Shown here piece after piece: positions 20,761-31,311 of a DNA stretch of 64,000 bases. The DNA comes from a candidate division WWE3 bacterium UBA1379. Lineage in GTDB: Bacteria > Patescibacteriota > WWE3 > UBA101185 > UBA10185. The position numbers were made by a program, and so were the translations under genes. Every line of letters begins with the position of its first letter. Positions within the stretch are counted from its first letter, which is position 1. A model generated the notes under the pieces. That model was not told the DNA's origin and did no database searches. It was given only the letters and a program-made list of their open reading frames with translations. The DNA lies in contig DBRB01000019.1 of the NCBI GenBank assembly GCA_002305475.1, forward strand, positions 56,022 through 120,021. The letters run 5' to 3'.

Positions 20761-21601
20761 CTCTTTTTTGTTCAATTAGTGAAATATAGGGAAAATTTTT
20801 TAAAACCCAGCCCACTACTTCTTCATTTTCTTCTACACTGAATGTGCATGTGGAATAGACAGCACTTCCGCCCGGTCTAAGCATTTTTAATCCTGCGGAT
20901 AGAAGTCTTTTCTGCAGCTTCGCCAATCTTATTGCGTTTTTCTTATTCCACATTTTCAGACTGTTTGGATTACAAAAACAGATTAACCCTTCATTTGTAC
21001 AGGGTGCATCTATTAATACTTTATCAAAATATTCTAAAAGCTGCGGATGATTTCTGTCAATAAACGAACCGTCCTCCATCAGCAGTTGAACGTTTTTCAC
21101 ACCTAGATTCTCAAGATTTTTCTGTAGAGCAAAAAAACGTGAACGGTTGTTTTCCACGGCAGTAATCTTTGACTGATTGTTTGAAATTTCTGCAATCTGA
21201 GAAGTCTTGCTTCCTGGTGCAGCACACAGATCCAATATCTTTTCACCGGGTTTTGGATCCAATTCAAATACAGGCAACATGCTGGACAAACGCTGGATAT
21301 ATATTTCCCCATTTTTAAATTCCGGTGTATCTGATAAACGCTTTTCTGAATTTTTAATGTAATAAGAATTATTCAAAAGAGCGGGTAAAATTTCAAAGCC
21401 TGCTTCATTAAGTTTGTTTAGTACTTTTTCAGGTTCGGCTTTAAGTGTATTTACTCTAAAAACCGTAGGCTTCTCAACCTCTATACTTTTAATAACCTCA
21501 TCTACTTCCTCTTTATATATGGTTTTCAGCTTTTCAATAAACTTTTCCTTTTTTATCTGAAGTTCATTTTCCGAATTACCGGAAGATTGTTTTTTTGACA
21601 T
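20702..21601 (-). CDS. RsmB/RsmF (NOL1/NOP2/Sun) RNA m5C methyltransferase
   Basis: LDLCAAPGSKT, DAPC, YSTCT...EENE; the ATG at 21601 lies 6 nt after TATAAT (ORF-track start is 21607). Confidence 0.92.
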   Translation of the reverse strand: MSKKQSSGNSENELQIKKEKFIEKLKTIYKEEVDEVIKSIEVEKPTVFRVNTLKAEPEKVLNKLNEAGFEILPALLNNSYYIKNSEKRLSDTPEFKNGEIYIQRLSSMLPVFELDPKPGEKILDLCAAPGSKTSQIAEISNNQSKITAVENNRSRFFALQKNLENLGVKNVQLLMEDGSFIDRNHPQLLEYFDKVLIDAPCTNEGLICFCNPNSLKMWNKKNAIRLAKLQKRLLSAGLKMLRPGGSAVYSTCTFSVEENEEVVGWVLKNFPYISLIEQKRVIPDHLYSGFYFAKLLKQS

Positions 21602-21707
21602 GGGCATATTATACGAGGTGATTACTAATGTGTAATTTTAACGGACGTGTATTTGCAGATTAATCGAATCTACCTATATAATACAAATATCAAAAGGAAG
21701 TATTCAT

Positions 21708-22124
21708 ATGAGAATCGGAATTATCGGTAGTATGCAACATACAGAAAAAATGATTGAGCTAAAAGGTATTCTAATAGAAATGGGTCATGATGCTTTTCTA
21801 ACCAAATTGGCAGATCCTTTTATCGGTAAAACAGACGAAGAAATTGAGAAAATAAAAATTTACCAAAAACAACATATGGATGCAATAAGAGAATTTTGGA
21901 AGCAAATGCAAGGGGCGGATGCTGTACTAGTTGCTAACTACACTAAAAATGGAATTCAGAATTATATAGGAGGTAATACTTTGATGGAAATCGGTTTTGC
22001 TCATGTTCTACAGCAGAAAATATTTTTATTAAACCCAATTCCGGATATTCCATATTACAGATCTGAAATCGAAGCCGTAAACCCTGTTATTCTATATGAA
22101 GATTTAACTAAAATAAGTGTATAA
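21708..22124 (+). CDS. Hypothetical protein, nucleoside deoxyribosyltransferase-like Rossmannoid fold (tentative)
   Basis: IGIIGSM, DAVLVAN, YIGGNTLMEIGFA...KIFLLNP. Confidence 0.55.
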   Translation: MRIGIIGSMQHTEKMIELKGILIEMGHDAFLTKLADPFIGKTDEEIEKIKIYQKQHMDAIREFWKQMQGADAVLVANYTKNGIQNYIGGNTLMEIGFAHVLQQKIFLLNPIPDIPYYRSEIEAVNPVILYEDLTKISV

Positions 22125-22134
22125 AAGAGTTTGT

Positions 22135-24723
22135 CTATTGCCTACCGTGGCAGTTCTTATACTTTTTACCACTACCGCACGGACACGGATCATTACGCCC
22201 AACTTTCTCTTTACTAGAAACCACACTCTCTACTTTTATTTCCCTACCGGCAGGATCCAACACTTTTACCGGATTGGTTGAAGCCGCCTGCATTTCCTCC
22301 GCTACACCTGTTTCAATTTCTCCATGCTGATAACTAGCATCAGCAGGTATTTGAAGTTTTCTCTTATCCAGTGTCTGTTCGAGCTCAGAAGCATCAACTT
22401 TCTGGATATTCTGAAGCTGGTCTAATCTTTCCCCGATTTCTCCATAGATTTTTGCAATTAGAATTTCAAAGTTTTCATGACCTTCTCTCTTATATTCCAC
22501 CATCGGGTCACGCTGGGCATAACCCCTTAACCCGATACCCTCTCTTAAGTGATCCATATCCACCAGATGCTGCATCCATAAAACATCAACCACTCTTAAA
22601 CTGACATGGGAGACAATATTCAGCCATAAGTCTTTACCCAGTCTTTCGGATAACTCATTCCATCTGTCATTCCCAAAATCGGAATTCTGATTCAGTTTCT
22701 GCAAAAACCAGTTTTCGTGTGTTAAGTCCCCTTCTCCCAGTTCCAGAATTCTTCTTCTTAGTTTATAAACAACATCTCTATGAACATTTATCACGTCATC
22801 CATTTCCACAACTTGTTTTCGTCTGTCAAAGTTAAACCCCTCAACTTTTCTCTGAGCATTCTCAATTGCCCGGCTTACTATTCCCGCTTCCAGTGGCGTA
22901 TTCTCATCCATACCAAAACGGTTCATGATGTTTTCCACCTGAGCTCCACCGAATATTCTCATCAACTCATCCTGAAGTGAGATATAGAATCTGGAAGAAC
23001 CGGGATCTCCTTGTCTTCCTGAACGTCCACGCAATTGATTGTCTATTCGTCTGGATTCATGTCTTTCAGTTCCGATCACATGCAAACCTCCAGCTTCCCT
23101 TACTTCTTCCTGCTCTTTTGGATCAGCAGGATCTCCTCCTAAAATAATATCCACCCCTCTACCTGCCATATTGGTGGATACAGTCACTGAACCTTTTCGA
23201 CCAGCCTGAGCAATAATCAATGCTTCCTTTTCATGATTTTTTGCATTTAATATTTCATGGGGAACATTTCTTCTTTTTAGGAGCTCATGTAACAGTTGGG
23301 ATTTTTCTACTGATGTTGTACCCACCAAAACCGGCTGTCCCACTTCATGCCTTTCCACAATTTCATCCGCTACCGCTCTGAATTTTGCAGCTTCTGTTTT
23401 ATACACCAGATCATTCAAATCTTTTCGAGAAGTGGGTTTATGTGTGGGTATTGCCACCACATCTAATTTATAAATCTTGTAAAACTCTTCCGCTTCCGTC
23501 ATTGCCGTACCGGTCATGCCAGCAAGTTTGGAATACATTCTGAAGTAATTCTGATAAGAGATTTCCGCCAGGGTTTTTGATTCCTGCTGAATCTCCACCC
23601 CTTCTTTTGCTTCTATTGCCTGATGGAGGCCATGTGAATATCTGTTAGACGGTAATAACCGACCGGTGAATTGATCTATAATTACCACCTTTCCGTCCTT
23701 AACTACATAATCCTTGTCTTTTTCATATAACGCCTGAGCAATCAGAGCCTGCTCAATCAAATGCACCATTTCAAAATCCTGTTCATAAAGATTTCCCACA
23801 CCAAGCATTTTTTCTACTCTTCTCACACCAAGATCAGTAAGTGTGGCATTACGGAATTTTTCATCCACATCATAATCCGTTCCTTTTAATAATGTGCGGA
23901 CAATGTTATATGCCTGATGATATCTGTCAGAAGCTTTAGCATCTGAGGTGGAAATAATCAGCGGAGTTCTAGCTACATCAATTAAGATAGAATCAACTTC
24001 ATCAACAATAGCAAAATTATGAACACCCCATTCCCCTCTCGGATTAGTCTGAACCATATCTTTGAGTCGGTGAGTCATATTATCGCGAAGATAATCAAAA
24101 CCAAATTCATGATTTGTACCGTATACAATATCGCACTGATAAGACTGTTGTCTTGGCACTTCCCTCAAATGAATTGCGTATTCATCCTGAAATTCCTGAC
24201 CTTCATATAATGGATCATAGAGAAAAGATCTTTCCTGCATAATTACCCCAACATGCAGACCTAGGTAATCATATAAAGGACCCATCCATCCCGCACCATG
24301 TCTGGACAGATAATCATTAGGAGTAACCAGGTGAACACCATTTCCGGTGAGTGCATTTAGATATAATGGAAGAGTAGCAGTTAAAGTTTTTCCTTCACCG
24401 GTTTTCTGTTCAGCAATTTTACCCTGATGCAATACAATACCCGCCATCAGCTGAACATCAAAATGTCTCATATGCAGAACTCGTTTACTAGCTTCTCTAA
24501 CCAGAGCAAAAGCTTCAGGCAAGATTTTATCCAGATACTTTTTCTGCTCCTCATCATTAAGTTCTTTCAGGTCGCTTTGCCATTTATTAGTTTTCTCCTT
24601 GATATCTTCCTCAGATAATTCAGATATCAAAGATTCAAAAGAATTTATCTTTTCCACAATCGGGCTAAGCCTACTTATTTGTTTTTCGTTTGAGTCAAAA
24701 AGGTTTTTGAACAAATTAACCAT
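22135..24723 (-). CDS. secA: Preprotein translocase ATPase SecA
   Basis: KTGEGKT, DEVDSILID, RRIDNQLRGRSGRQGDPG, C-terminal SEC-C CPCGSGKKYKNCH; start set at M40 of the track ORF, after TGaTATAAT. Confidence 0.98.
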   Translation of the reverse strand: MVNLFKNLFDSNEKQISRLSPIVEKINSFESLISELSEEDIKEKTNKWQSDLKELNDEEQKKYLDKILPEAFALVREASKRVLHMRHFDVQLMAGIVLHQGKIAEQKTGEGKTLTATLPLYLNALTGNGVHLVTPNDYLSRHGAGWMGPLYDYLGLHVGVIMQERSFLYDPLYEGQEFQDEYAIHLREVPRQQSYQCDIVYGTNHEFGFDYLRDNMTHRLKDMVQTNPRGEWGVHNFAIVDEVDSILIDVARTPLIISTSDAKASDRYHQAYNIVRTLLKGTDYDVDEKFRNATLTDLGVRRVEKMLGVGNLYEQDFEMVHLIEQALIAQALYEKDKDYVVKDGKVVIIDQFTGRLLPSNRYSHGLHQAIEAKEGVEIQQESKTLAEISYQNYFRMYSKLAGMTGTAMTEAEEFYKIYKLDVVAIPTHKPTSRKDLNDLVYKTEAAKFRAVADEIVERHEVGQPVLVGTTSVEKSQLLHELLKRRNVPHEILNAKNHEKEALIIAQAGRKGSVTVSTNMAGRGVDIILGGDPADPKEQEEVREAGGLHVIGTERHESRRIDNQLRGRSGRQGDPGSSRFYISLQDELMRIFGGAQVENIMNRFGMDENTPLEAGIVSRAIENAQRKVEGFNFDRRKQVVEMDDVINVHRDVVYKLRRRILELGEGDLTHENWFLQKLNQNSDFGNDRWNELSERLGKDLWLNIVSHVSLRVVDVLWMQHLVDMDHLREGIGLRGYAQRDPMVEYKREGHENFEILIAKIYGEIGERLDQLQNIQKVDASELEQTLDKRKLQIPADASYQHGEIETGVAEEMQAASTNPVKVLDPAGREIKVESVVSSKEKVGRNDPCPCGSGKKYKNCHGRQ

Positions 24724-24751
24724 AACGTTTTGCATTATATCACTAATAAGT

Positions 24752-25031
24752 TTAGGGTTTAACCTAGTTCCACCTGTTTTTTGCTGATAAATCCTAACTA
24801 ATAAATGCAACAGGCATTGAATTATTAGATTAAATAACATGTTTTAGGAATAAACCTGGGTTAATCCTTGGAAATCCAGATGTTAAAACATATTATTTTA
24901 AGTTTGATGTAATCCATAAAAATCGAACACAAAAACTATTTATACGACAGCATTTATTGCATGCAATAAATGCTGTTAAATAAACCTTGTATTAGTAAGT
25001 AATAAAGGGATAGGACTAGGATAAACCCGAA
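24752..25031 (+). other. ~280-nt multibranch inverted-repeat element (ncRNA or MITE-like)
   Basis: The two ends pair with each other and enclose four hairpins, including a perfect 30-bp palindrome at 24947-24976. Confidence 0.55.
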
Positions 25032-25032
25032 T

Positions 25033-25842
25033 TTAGAGCAAAATAATAAGTAATACGGCTAAAGCCACACGATAAAAGATAAAAGGATATAAGCTTCTGC
25101 TTTTTAAGATAGACATTAGTATTCTGAAAGCAACAATTCCGCTTAGAAAACTGGATAGAAATCCGATTAATATCATACCCAGGTTACCGATAGTAAAATC
25201 ACTGACATTACCTATTAACTGATAAATTCCTGCTCCCAATATGATCGGTACAGACATCAAAAAAGAAAATCTGGCTGCGGTTTCCCTGTTCATCCCCGTA
25301 ATCATACCTCCCGAGATAGTAGAACCGGATCTGGAAAATCCTGGGAACAAAGCCAGGCACTGAAAAAATCCGATAATGATACCTTTACCCAGTGACAGGT
25401 ATTCCGCTTTCTTAACTCTTTTATACTGGATTTCGGCGATAACCATAAGCATACTGCCCAAAAGCAGAAACTCAATTACACTTACCGTATCCCTGAATAC
25501 TGTTTCAAAGATATCCTCAAACAGAAAACCGATAACCGCTGCGGGTATCGTACCCAATAATAATGAGATAGCGGTCAACCCATCATGATCATAGTTTTTT
25601 AAGTTAAGCTGGTTTTTTGATAAACATGATATTAATGAGAGTGTGAGTTTTTTCAGATCTTTAAAGAAATAAACAATCACTGCCAGAGCTGTTCCTAAAT
25701 GAAGGGTCGTATCAAAAAACAACGGCTGCTGCTCCCAGTTAAATATCTGAGGAAAAATTATTAAATGTCCTGAAGAAGATATGGGTAAAAATTCTGTAAG
25801 TCCCTGGACTATTCCCAGGGCCAGTGCCTGAAAAACGTTCAC
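25033..25842 (-). CDS. uppP: Undecaprenyl-diphosphate phosphatase
   Basis: QGLTEFLPISSSGHL, PGFSRSGSTI. Confidence 0.97.
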   Translation of the reverse strand: MNVFQALALGIVQGLTEFLPISSSGHLIIFPQIFNWEQQPLFFDTTLHLGTALAVIVYFFKDLKKLTLSLISCLSKNQLNLKNYDHDGLTAISLLLGTIPAAVIGFLFEDIFETVFRDTVSVIEFLLLGSMLMVIAEIQYKRVKKAEYLSLGKGIIIGFFQCLALFPGFSRSGSTISGGMITGMNRETAARFSFLMSVPIILGAGIYQLIGNVSDFTIGNLGMILIGFLSSFLSGIVAFRILMSILKSRSLYPFIFYRVALAVLLIILL

Positions 25843-26535
25843 TTAGCTCACCCTCCCATAAATCAAAATGTTGTCCGAATTTGTTCTTCCCGCTATTGTC
25901 AAAGTGTCAACATTATCAAAAAATTGCTGAACGTTCTCAATAAATTCATTCACATCATCCTGATGTTTGGACAGATATAGTCTGTTGAATACAGCCAATC
26001 CACCCGGCATAAGCATTTTTTTCAGTGAAGCAAAAAAATTCCCGGAGTTACCAAGATCCGGATATGTTTCTCCACAGAACACATCCACAATTACGGTCTG
26101 AAAGGAGTGAAGTTTCAAATCATATTTTTCCGGTTCAACAATCACTCTACAGGCATCCTCACATATAATTCTATGATTAGGAATTTCATCAATCTTGAAA
26201 AATCCCTTGGCGATATCAATCATCACCTTGTCGATTTCCACACTGACAATTCTGATGCCGGGAAAAGCACGGGAGATTAGATGCTGCATAGTTCCTCCTG
26301 CCAGACCAAGGATTAAGATACTGTTTAATTCCGGCATCTGTTCTTTTAATAGTTCTACCATTCTCCCAAACACAATCTTTTTTGCAGTATTGGAATCCCA
26401 GCTGACGGACTGTACTACACCATTGGCTACAAGTTTTAAGGTCTGGCCTACCTGCCAAACCTCAACATTTCCGTTATATTGTGAATTTGCCTGAAATATT
26501 ACTTTGGGTATCTTGAGGTTATCAAAAATACTCAT
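25843..26535 (-). CDS. Class I SAM-dependent methyltransferase, spermidine-synthase-like
   Basis: ILILGLAGG, VEID, EDA, IVDVF. Confidence 0.75.
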   Translation of the reverse strand: MSIFDNLKIPKVIFQANSQYNGNVEVWQVGQTLKLVANGVVQSVSWDSNTAKKIVFGRMVELLKEQMPELNSILILGLAGGTMQHLISRAFPGIRIVSVEIDKVMIDIAKGFFKIDEIPNHRIICEDACRVIVEPEKYDLKLHSFQTVIVDVFCGETYPDLGNSGNFFASLKKMLMPGGLAVFNRLYLSKHQDDVNEFIENVQQFFDNVDTLTIAGRTNSDNILIYGRVS

Positions 26536-26544
26536 GCTAATATC

Positions 26545-27819
26545 CTAACCCTTGCGTGCAATTTTTTCCATTCCAATATATTTCTGCAGTACCTCCGGCA
26601 CCATAATCGAGCCATCCTCCTGCTGATAATTCTCCATTACAGCAGCCATTAAACGGGGTGTAGCCGCCACCGTATTGTTTAATGTATGGACATATTTTAT
26701 TTTCCCGTTTTTCGTTTTATATCTGATGTTTAATCTTCTGGACTGGAAATCCAAAAAGTATGAATCGGAATGTGTTTCCCGATATTTATTCTGAGACGGG
26801 AACCAAGTTTCAACATCGTATTTCTTTCTCTGTCCGGCACCCATGTCTCCGCTACACATTAAAAGAACCTGGTAGGGAAGTTTCATACCCTGAAGAATTG
26901 ACTCCACATATCCGAGCATATTTTCATGCCACTGTCTGGATATTTCCTCATCAGCAGGAACTAGTACTACCTGTTCCACTTTATTAAACTGGTGAATTCG
27001 GAAAATTCCCCTTGTATCTTTACCGTGACTGCCAACTTCTCTTCTAAAACAAGGACTGATTCCCACCATCTTTATCGGAAGATCTTTCTCATCCAGCACC
27101 TCACCGGCATAATACGATGTTACCGGGACTTCAGCGGTTCCGATTAATGCCATTCCATCCTGTGTTCGGTAATGATCTTCCTCTCCCCAAGGGAAATATC
27201 CTGTGCCTGTAAAAAATTCAGGTTTAACCATCCAGGGAACAGTTACAGGTTCAAAACCCTGCTGCATCATAAAATCAAGAGCGTATCTTAGTATTGCCTG
27301 TTCCAGAAGGACTGCTTCATTCTTCAAAAAATATCCTCTGAAACCTCCGATTTTTGCTCCTCGTTCGGTATCGATTAAATTAAGGGATATTCCCAACTCA
27401 AGGTGATCCTTTGGCGTGAATGTGAAATTGTGCGGCTCCCCAACCGTACGAACTATCTTGTTACCTTCTTCATTTTCTCCATACGGAACATCCGAAGCGG
27501 GAGGGTTTGGTACCCATAGCATCGTTTCATCAATCTGGACTTTAAGATTCTTTAATTCCTCTTCCAACCTATTTAATTCGTTTTTTACTTCTGTTGCTTC
27601 CTGAATCAGCTTCTCCCTTGCATTATCATCTACTTTTGATATGTTTTCAGATAGCTGATTTCTTAAAGCGCGATGGGTTTCCACTTGTCTTAGAGTATCT
27701 ACATAGGATTTATCTAATTCCAGTAATTTATCAATATCTACTGTGGAGGACAGTTGTTTATCGGCAATAGCTTTTTTAACTAAATCCGGGTTTTCTCTTA
27801 TATATTTAATGTCCAGCAT
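26545..27819 (-). CDS. serS: Serine--tRNA ligase
   Basis: MLDIKYIREN, GTAEVP, CFRRE.G..G.DTRG..R.HQF.KVE, HTLN. Confidence 0.98.
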   Translation of the reverse strand: MLDIKYIRENPDLVKKAIADKQLSSTVDIDKLLELDKSYVDTLRQVETHRALRNQLSENISKVDDNAREKLIQEATEVKNELNRLEEELKNLKVQIDETMLWVPNPPASDVPYGENEEGNKIVRTVGEPHNFTFTPKDHLELGISLNLIDTERGAKIGGFRGYFLKNEAVLLEQAILRYALDFMMQQGFEPVTVPWMVKPEFFTGTGYFPWGEEDHYRTQDGMALIGTAEVPVTSYYAGEVLDEKDLPIKMVGISPCFRREVGSHGKDTRGIFRIHQFNKVEQVVLVPADEEISRQWHENMLGYVESILQGMKLPYQVLLMCSGDMGAGQRKKYDVETWFPSQNKYRETHSDSYFLDFQSRRLNIRYKTKNGKIKYVHTLNNTVAATPRLMAAVMENYQQEDGSIMVPEVLQKYIGMEKIARKG

Positions 27820-27964
27820 AAAGGTATTTTAGTAGATTTTATGCTCTTTGCAATGTTTTTTGCCAATCTGAAACACAATTATGTCAATTATAATATTGAT
27901 CGGATATAAAAATAGCCGATTATATATAGCAATTCCCAAAACATCCTGATATAATCACCTGTGC

Positions 27965-28186
27965 ATGAATTCAACAAAGACAGTAATAATTAAAGACGGT
28001 TTGGTAAAGGAAGCCATGATGGGTGGTTTATTCAAAGTGGAATTTCCTGATGAGACTATTGCAATAGCTTCATTATCTGGTAAAATGCGTAAGTTCAAAA
28101 TAAGAATTCTCCCTGGAGACAGGGTTAAAGTGGAGTTTTCTCCACACGATCTTACACGCGGTAGAATTTCCTATCGATTAAGATAA
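27965..28186 (+). CDS. infA: Translation initiation factor IF-1
   Basis: SGKMR...IRILPGDRVKVE.SP.DLTRGRI.YR. Confidence 0.97.
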   Translation: MNSTKTVIIKDGLVKEAMMGGLFKVEFPDETIAIASLSGKMRKFKIRILPGDRVKVEFSPHDLTRGRISYRLR

Positions 28187-28287
28187 GTATTATTCTTAAT
28201 GAGCGGGAGGTGCAATAGCACCTTTTAATTTGGAATAGAAAAGTTAAGGTTTAGTAAGAATTTTTCTCTATAAGAGAAAGACATAAT

Positions 28288-28404
28288 ATGAAAGTACGAT
28301 CATCGATAAAACCAATTTGCAGAGAGTGTAAAATTATCAAGCGCGGGGGCGTTCTGAGAGTTATTTGTAAAAGAAACCCCAAACATAAACAAAGACAAGG
28401 ATAA
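28288..28404 (+). CDS. rpmJ: 50S ribosomal protein L36 (not in the ORF track)
   Basis: Translated by hand: [38 protein letters not shown]. Confidence 0.98.
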   Translation: MKVRSSIKPICRECKIIKRGGVLRVICKRNPKHKQRQG

Positions 28405-28407
28405 AAT

Positions 28408-28794
28408 ATGGCACGTTTTGCAGGAACAGAAATACCGAATGATAAAAGAATAGAAGCAGGACTGACTTATATATATGGTATAGGTCCGACTCTTTCAAAG
28501 AAGATTCTGACTACTGCAGGTATTGACTTGAATACAAGAGTCCGGGATTTAACAGAAGCTGATTTTGCAAAAATTAGAACAAGTATTGCAGAATTTAACA
28601 TTCCTGTAGAGGGTGAGCTGAAAAGAATCGTTTCTCAGAATATACGAAGATTAATAGAAACAGGATCATACAGAGGTACAAGACATAAAGCGGGTCTTCC
28701 TGCGAGAGGTCAGAGAACCAGAAGCAATGCTCGAACCAGAAAAGGCAAGAAGAAGACCGTAGGAGGAATGAAGAAAAAATTAACTAAGAAATAA
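28408..28794 (+). CDS. rpsM: 30S ribosomal protein S13
   Basis: LTYIYGIG, YRG.RH..GLP.RGQRT..NARTRKG. Confidence 0.99.
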   Translation: MARFAGTEIPNDKRIEAGLTYIYGIGPTLSKKILTTAGIDLNTRVRDLTEADFAKIRTSIAEFNIPVEGELKRIVSQNIRRLIETGSYRGTRHKAGLPARGQRTRSNARTRKGKKKTVGGMKKKLTKK

Positions 28795-28818
28795 TGATTA
28801 GAAATTAAAAGGAATACT

Positions 28819-29205
28819 ATGGCTACAAGAACTAGCAAAAAAACAAAAGAAAAGACAATACCAACAAGCGGAAGAGTATATATTACTGCAGGATTTAACA
28901 ATACAATTATTACCATAACTGATCCAGAAGGTAATACTCTTTTTACAGGCAGCGCGGGAAGTGCAGGTTTTAAGGGTTCAAGAAAAGCAACTCCTTATGC
29001 CGCAACCAAATCCGCAGAAGCAATTGCCGTAAAGGCTCATCAGAAGGGACTGAAAGAAGTTGCTGTGTTCGTAAAAGGTCCGGGTATGGGAAGAATTTCT
29101 TCCATTAAAGCTTTAAAAACTGCCGGACTGAATGTTGTATCAATTTCCGATGTCACACCCATTCCTCATAACGGGTGCAGACCTAAGAAAAGAAGAAGAG
29201 TATAA
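28819..29205 (+). CDS. rpsK: 30S ribosomal protein S11
   Basis: [22 protein letters not shown]. Confidence 0.99.
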   Translation: MATRTSKKTKEKTIPTSGRVYITAGFNNTIITITDPEGNTLFTGSAGSAGFKGSRKATPYAATKSAEAIAVKAHQKGLKEVAVFVKGPGMGRISSIKALKTAGLNVVSISDVTPIPHNGCRPKKRRRV

Positions 29206-29208
29206 GAT

Positions 29209-29811
29209 ATGGCCAGATACAAGGACGCAAAATGCAGATTATGCCGACGAGAAGGAACAAAATTGTTTCTTAAAGGTGCCAAATGTGAAAGTGAAAAGTG
29301 TACATTGGTAAAAAGACCGCAGGCCCCAGGACAGCACGGCACATCACGAAAGAGATTATCTGAATATGGAGTTCAGTTAAGAGAAAAACAAAAAGTAAAA
29401 AGACTTTACGGTGTTTTGGAAAAACAGTTTAAGAAATATGTTGATTCATCATTAAAGTCTTCAGGAGTATCAGGTGAAATTCTGCTTCAGGAACTGGAAA
29501 AAAGACTTGATAATCTGGTGTACAGAAGCGGATTTGCTACATCCAGAGCACAAGCAAGACAGCTTATTAGATCAGGTGCATTTACGGTTAACGGTAAAAA
29601 AATTACCATTCCTTCGATGCAGTTGAACGAGGGAGATATTATAAAACCGGTCAGTTTTGATAAAATTCATCTCAGAGAAGGATTTGTAATGCCGGGATGG
29701 CTTGAAGCTAATGTTAAAGAAAAACAGGTTAAGTTTGCCAAACTTCCAACCATGGAAGATTTATCTGAAATAGTTAAGGTTCAGTTAGTTATTGAGTTCT
29801 ACTCAAGATAA
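29209..29811 (+). CDS. rpsD: 30S ribosomal protein S4
   Basis: CRLCRREG.KLFLKG.KC, QLREKQK, LE.RLDN.VYR. Confidence 0.99.
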   Translation: MARYKDAKCRLCRREGTKLFLKGAKCESEKCTLVKRPQAPGQHGTSRKRLSEYGVQLREKQKVKRLYGVLEKQFKKYVDSSLKSSGVSGEILLQELEKRLDNLVYRSGFATSRAQARQLIRSGAFTVNGKKITIPSMQLNEGDIIKPVSFDKIHLREGFVMPGWLEANVKEKQVKFAKLPTMEDLSEIVKVQLVIEFYSR

Positions 29812-29829
29812 AAAGGAGCAATTTTTAAT

Positions 29830-30774
29830 ATGTTAGTCAACCCAAATGATTTAAAAATATCAGTCCTTTCAGAAGAAGGGAACAAGGGGGTATTTGCACT
29901 GGATCCTCTGCCTGCAGGTTTCGGTCATACTGTTGGTAATTCTTTAAAAAGAACTTTACTGACATCCCTTGAAGGTTCTGCCGTCACTCAGATAAAAATT
30001 TCCGGTGCTGATCATCAGTTCACTACGCTTAACGGTGTTAAGGAAGATGTAGTGGAAATAACTTTAAATCTGAAGAAGATCAGATTTATCAACCATTCTT
30101 CCAACCCGGTAGCTGCCACCATTAATAAAAAAGGTCCCGGTGCGGTAACAGCAGGTGATATTGAAGCATCATCCGAACTGGAAATAATTAATAAAGATCT
30201 GGTAATTGCCAATTTAAACGATAAGAATTCTACATTTAAAGCCGAACTAGTTGTAGAAAGCGGTGCCGGATACTCTCCGATGGAAGATAGACAGACTTCC
30301 AAAATCGGCGTAATCGTACTGGATGCTCTCTTTTCTCCGGTAGTGAATGCTCATTATGAAGTAGAACCTACCCGTTTTGGTAAAGTTACCGGTCTGGATA
30401 AAGTAACCTTGACTGTGGAAACAGACGGGAGCATCACCGCAAAAAGTGCCTTCATCAAAGCAGCACACATCCTGAAAGAATATTATGCTAAACTCAGTGA
30501 CTGGTCAGGTGAAACTATCGTAGAACCTGTAGAACAGACTCCTGCTTATATCGAAGCAGGAATCAAGAGTAATCGGGTAAAAGGTCATGAAGCAACTGCT
30601 GTTGAAGAGCTTCCGTTGCCTACCAGAACAATTAATGCCCTAAAGAAACAGGGTATTGAAACACTTGGTGATATTGTGAGCAAGAGTGATGACGAGCTGG
30701 CTGATATAAAAAACCTGGGTGAAAAGTCAGTTGATGAAATTAAAAAATTATTAAAGAAAGAAGGTTATAGATAA
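29830..30774 (+). CDS. rpoA: RNA polymerase alpha subunit
   Basis: PL..GFGHT.GNSL.R.LL, DALFSPV, NLGEKS. Confidence 0.98.
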   Translation: MLVNPNDLKISVLSEEGNKGVFALDPLPAGFGHTVGNSLKRTLLTSLEGSAVTQIKISGADHQFTTLNGVKEDVVEITLNLKKIRFINHSSNPVAATINKKGPGAVTAGDIEASSELEIINKDLVIANLNDKNSTFKAELVVESGAGYSPMEDRQTSKIGVIVLDALFSPVVNAHYEVEPTRFGKVTGLDKVTLTVETDGSITAKSAFIKAAHILKEYYAKLSDWSGETIVEPVEQTPAYIEAGIKSNRVKGHEATAVEELPLPTRTINALKKQGIETLGDIVSKSDDELADIKNLGEKSVDEIKKLLKKEGYR

Positions 30775-30787
30775 CCTTTAGCAAGTC

Positions 30788-31309
30788 ATGATACATAGAG
30801 TCAAAGAAAAAAAATTAGGACGTGATGCATCACACAGAAAGGCTTTAATCAAAAACCTTTCCACTTCCTTAGTGGTGAATAAAAAAGTTGAAACCACTCT
30901 GGCTAAGGCTAAATACGTCCGACCCTATGTAGAAAGACTAATCACAAGAGCCAAAAAGGGTAATGATTTTAATACGGTAAAATTCATCAAAGGTAAACTG
31001 ACTACCAACGATGCGGTCAAAATATTGCTAGGAGAAGTAGCTCCTTTGTTTGAAAAAAGACAGGGGGGATATACAAGAATTGTTCAATTACCAGAAAGAA
31101 AAGGTGATAATGCCAAGATGGCACGACTTGAGCTGGTAATAGAAAAACCTAAAAAGACCAAAAAAGAAGAGGAAACTGAAGCAAAAACTAAAAAAAGCAC
31201 AGCAAAAAAGACCGTGAAAAAAGAAATTGAAGCTGCTCAAACAGCTGAAGAAACTATCGAAACAGAAGAAATTAAAGAAGATGTAATAGAAGAAGAGAAA
31301 GCTGAGTAA
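30788..31309 (+). CDS. rplQ: 50S ribosomal protein L17 with long charged C-terminal tail
   Basis: KLGR...HRKAL, TTLAKAK, GGYTRI, R.GDNA.MA. Confidence 0.97.
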   Translation: MIHRVKEKKLGRDASHRKALIKNLSTSLVVNKKVETTLAKAKYVRPYVERLITRAKKGNDFNTVKFIKGKLTTNDAVKILLGEVAPLFEKRQGGYTRIVQLPERKGDNAKMARLELVIEKPKKTKKEEETEAKTKKSTAKKTVKKEIEAAQTAEETIETEEIKEDVIEEEKAE

Positions 31310-31311
31310 TT

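Noticed and set aside
24724-24840. N-terminal extension of SecA given in the ORF track
   Set aside because: Not SecA-like, overlaps the structured element, and an extended -10 lies just upstream of the ATG at 24723.
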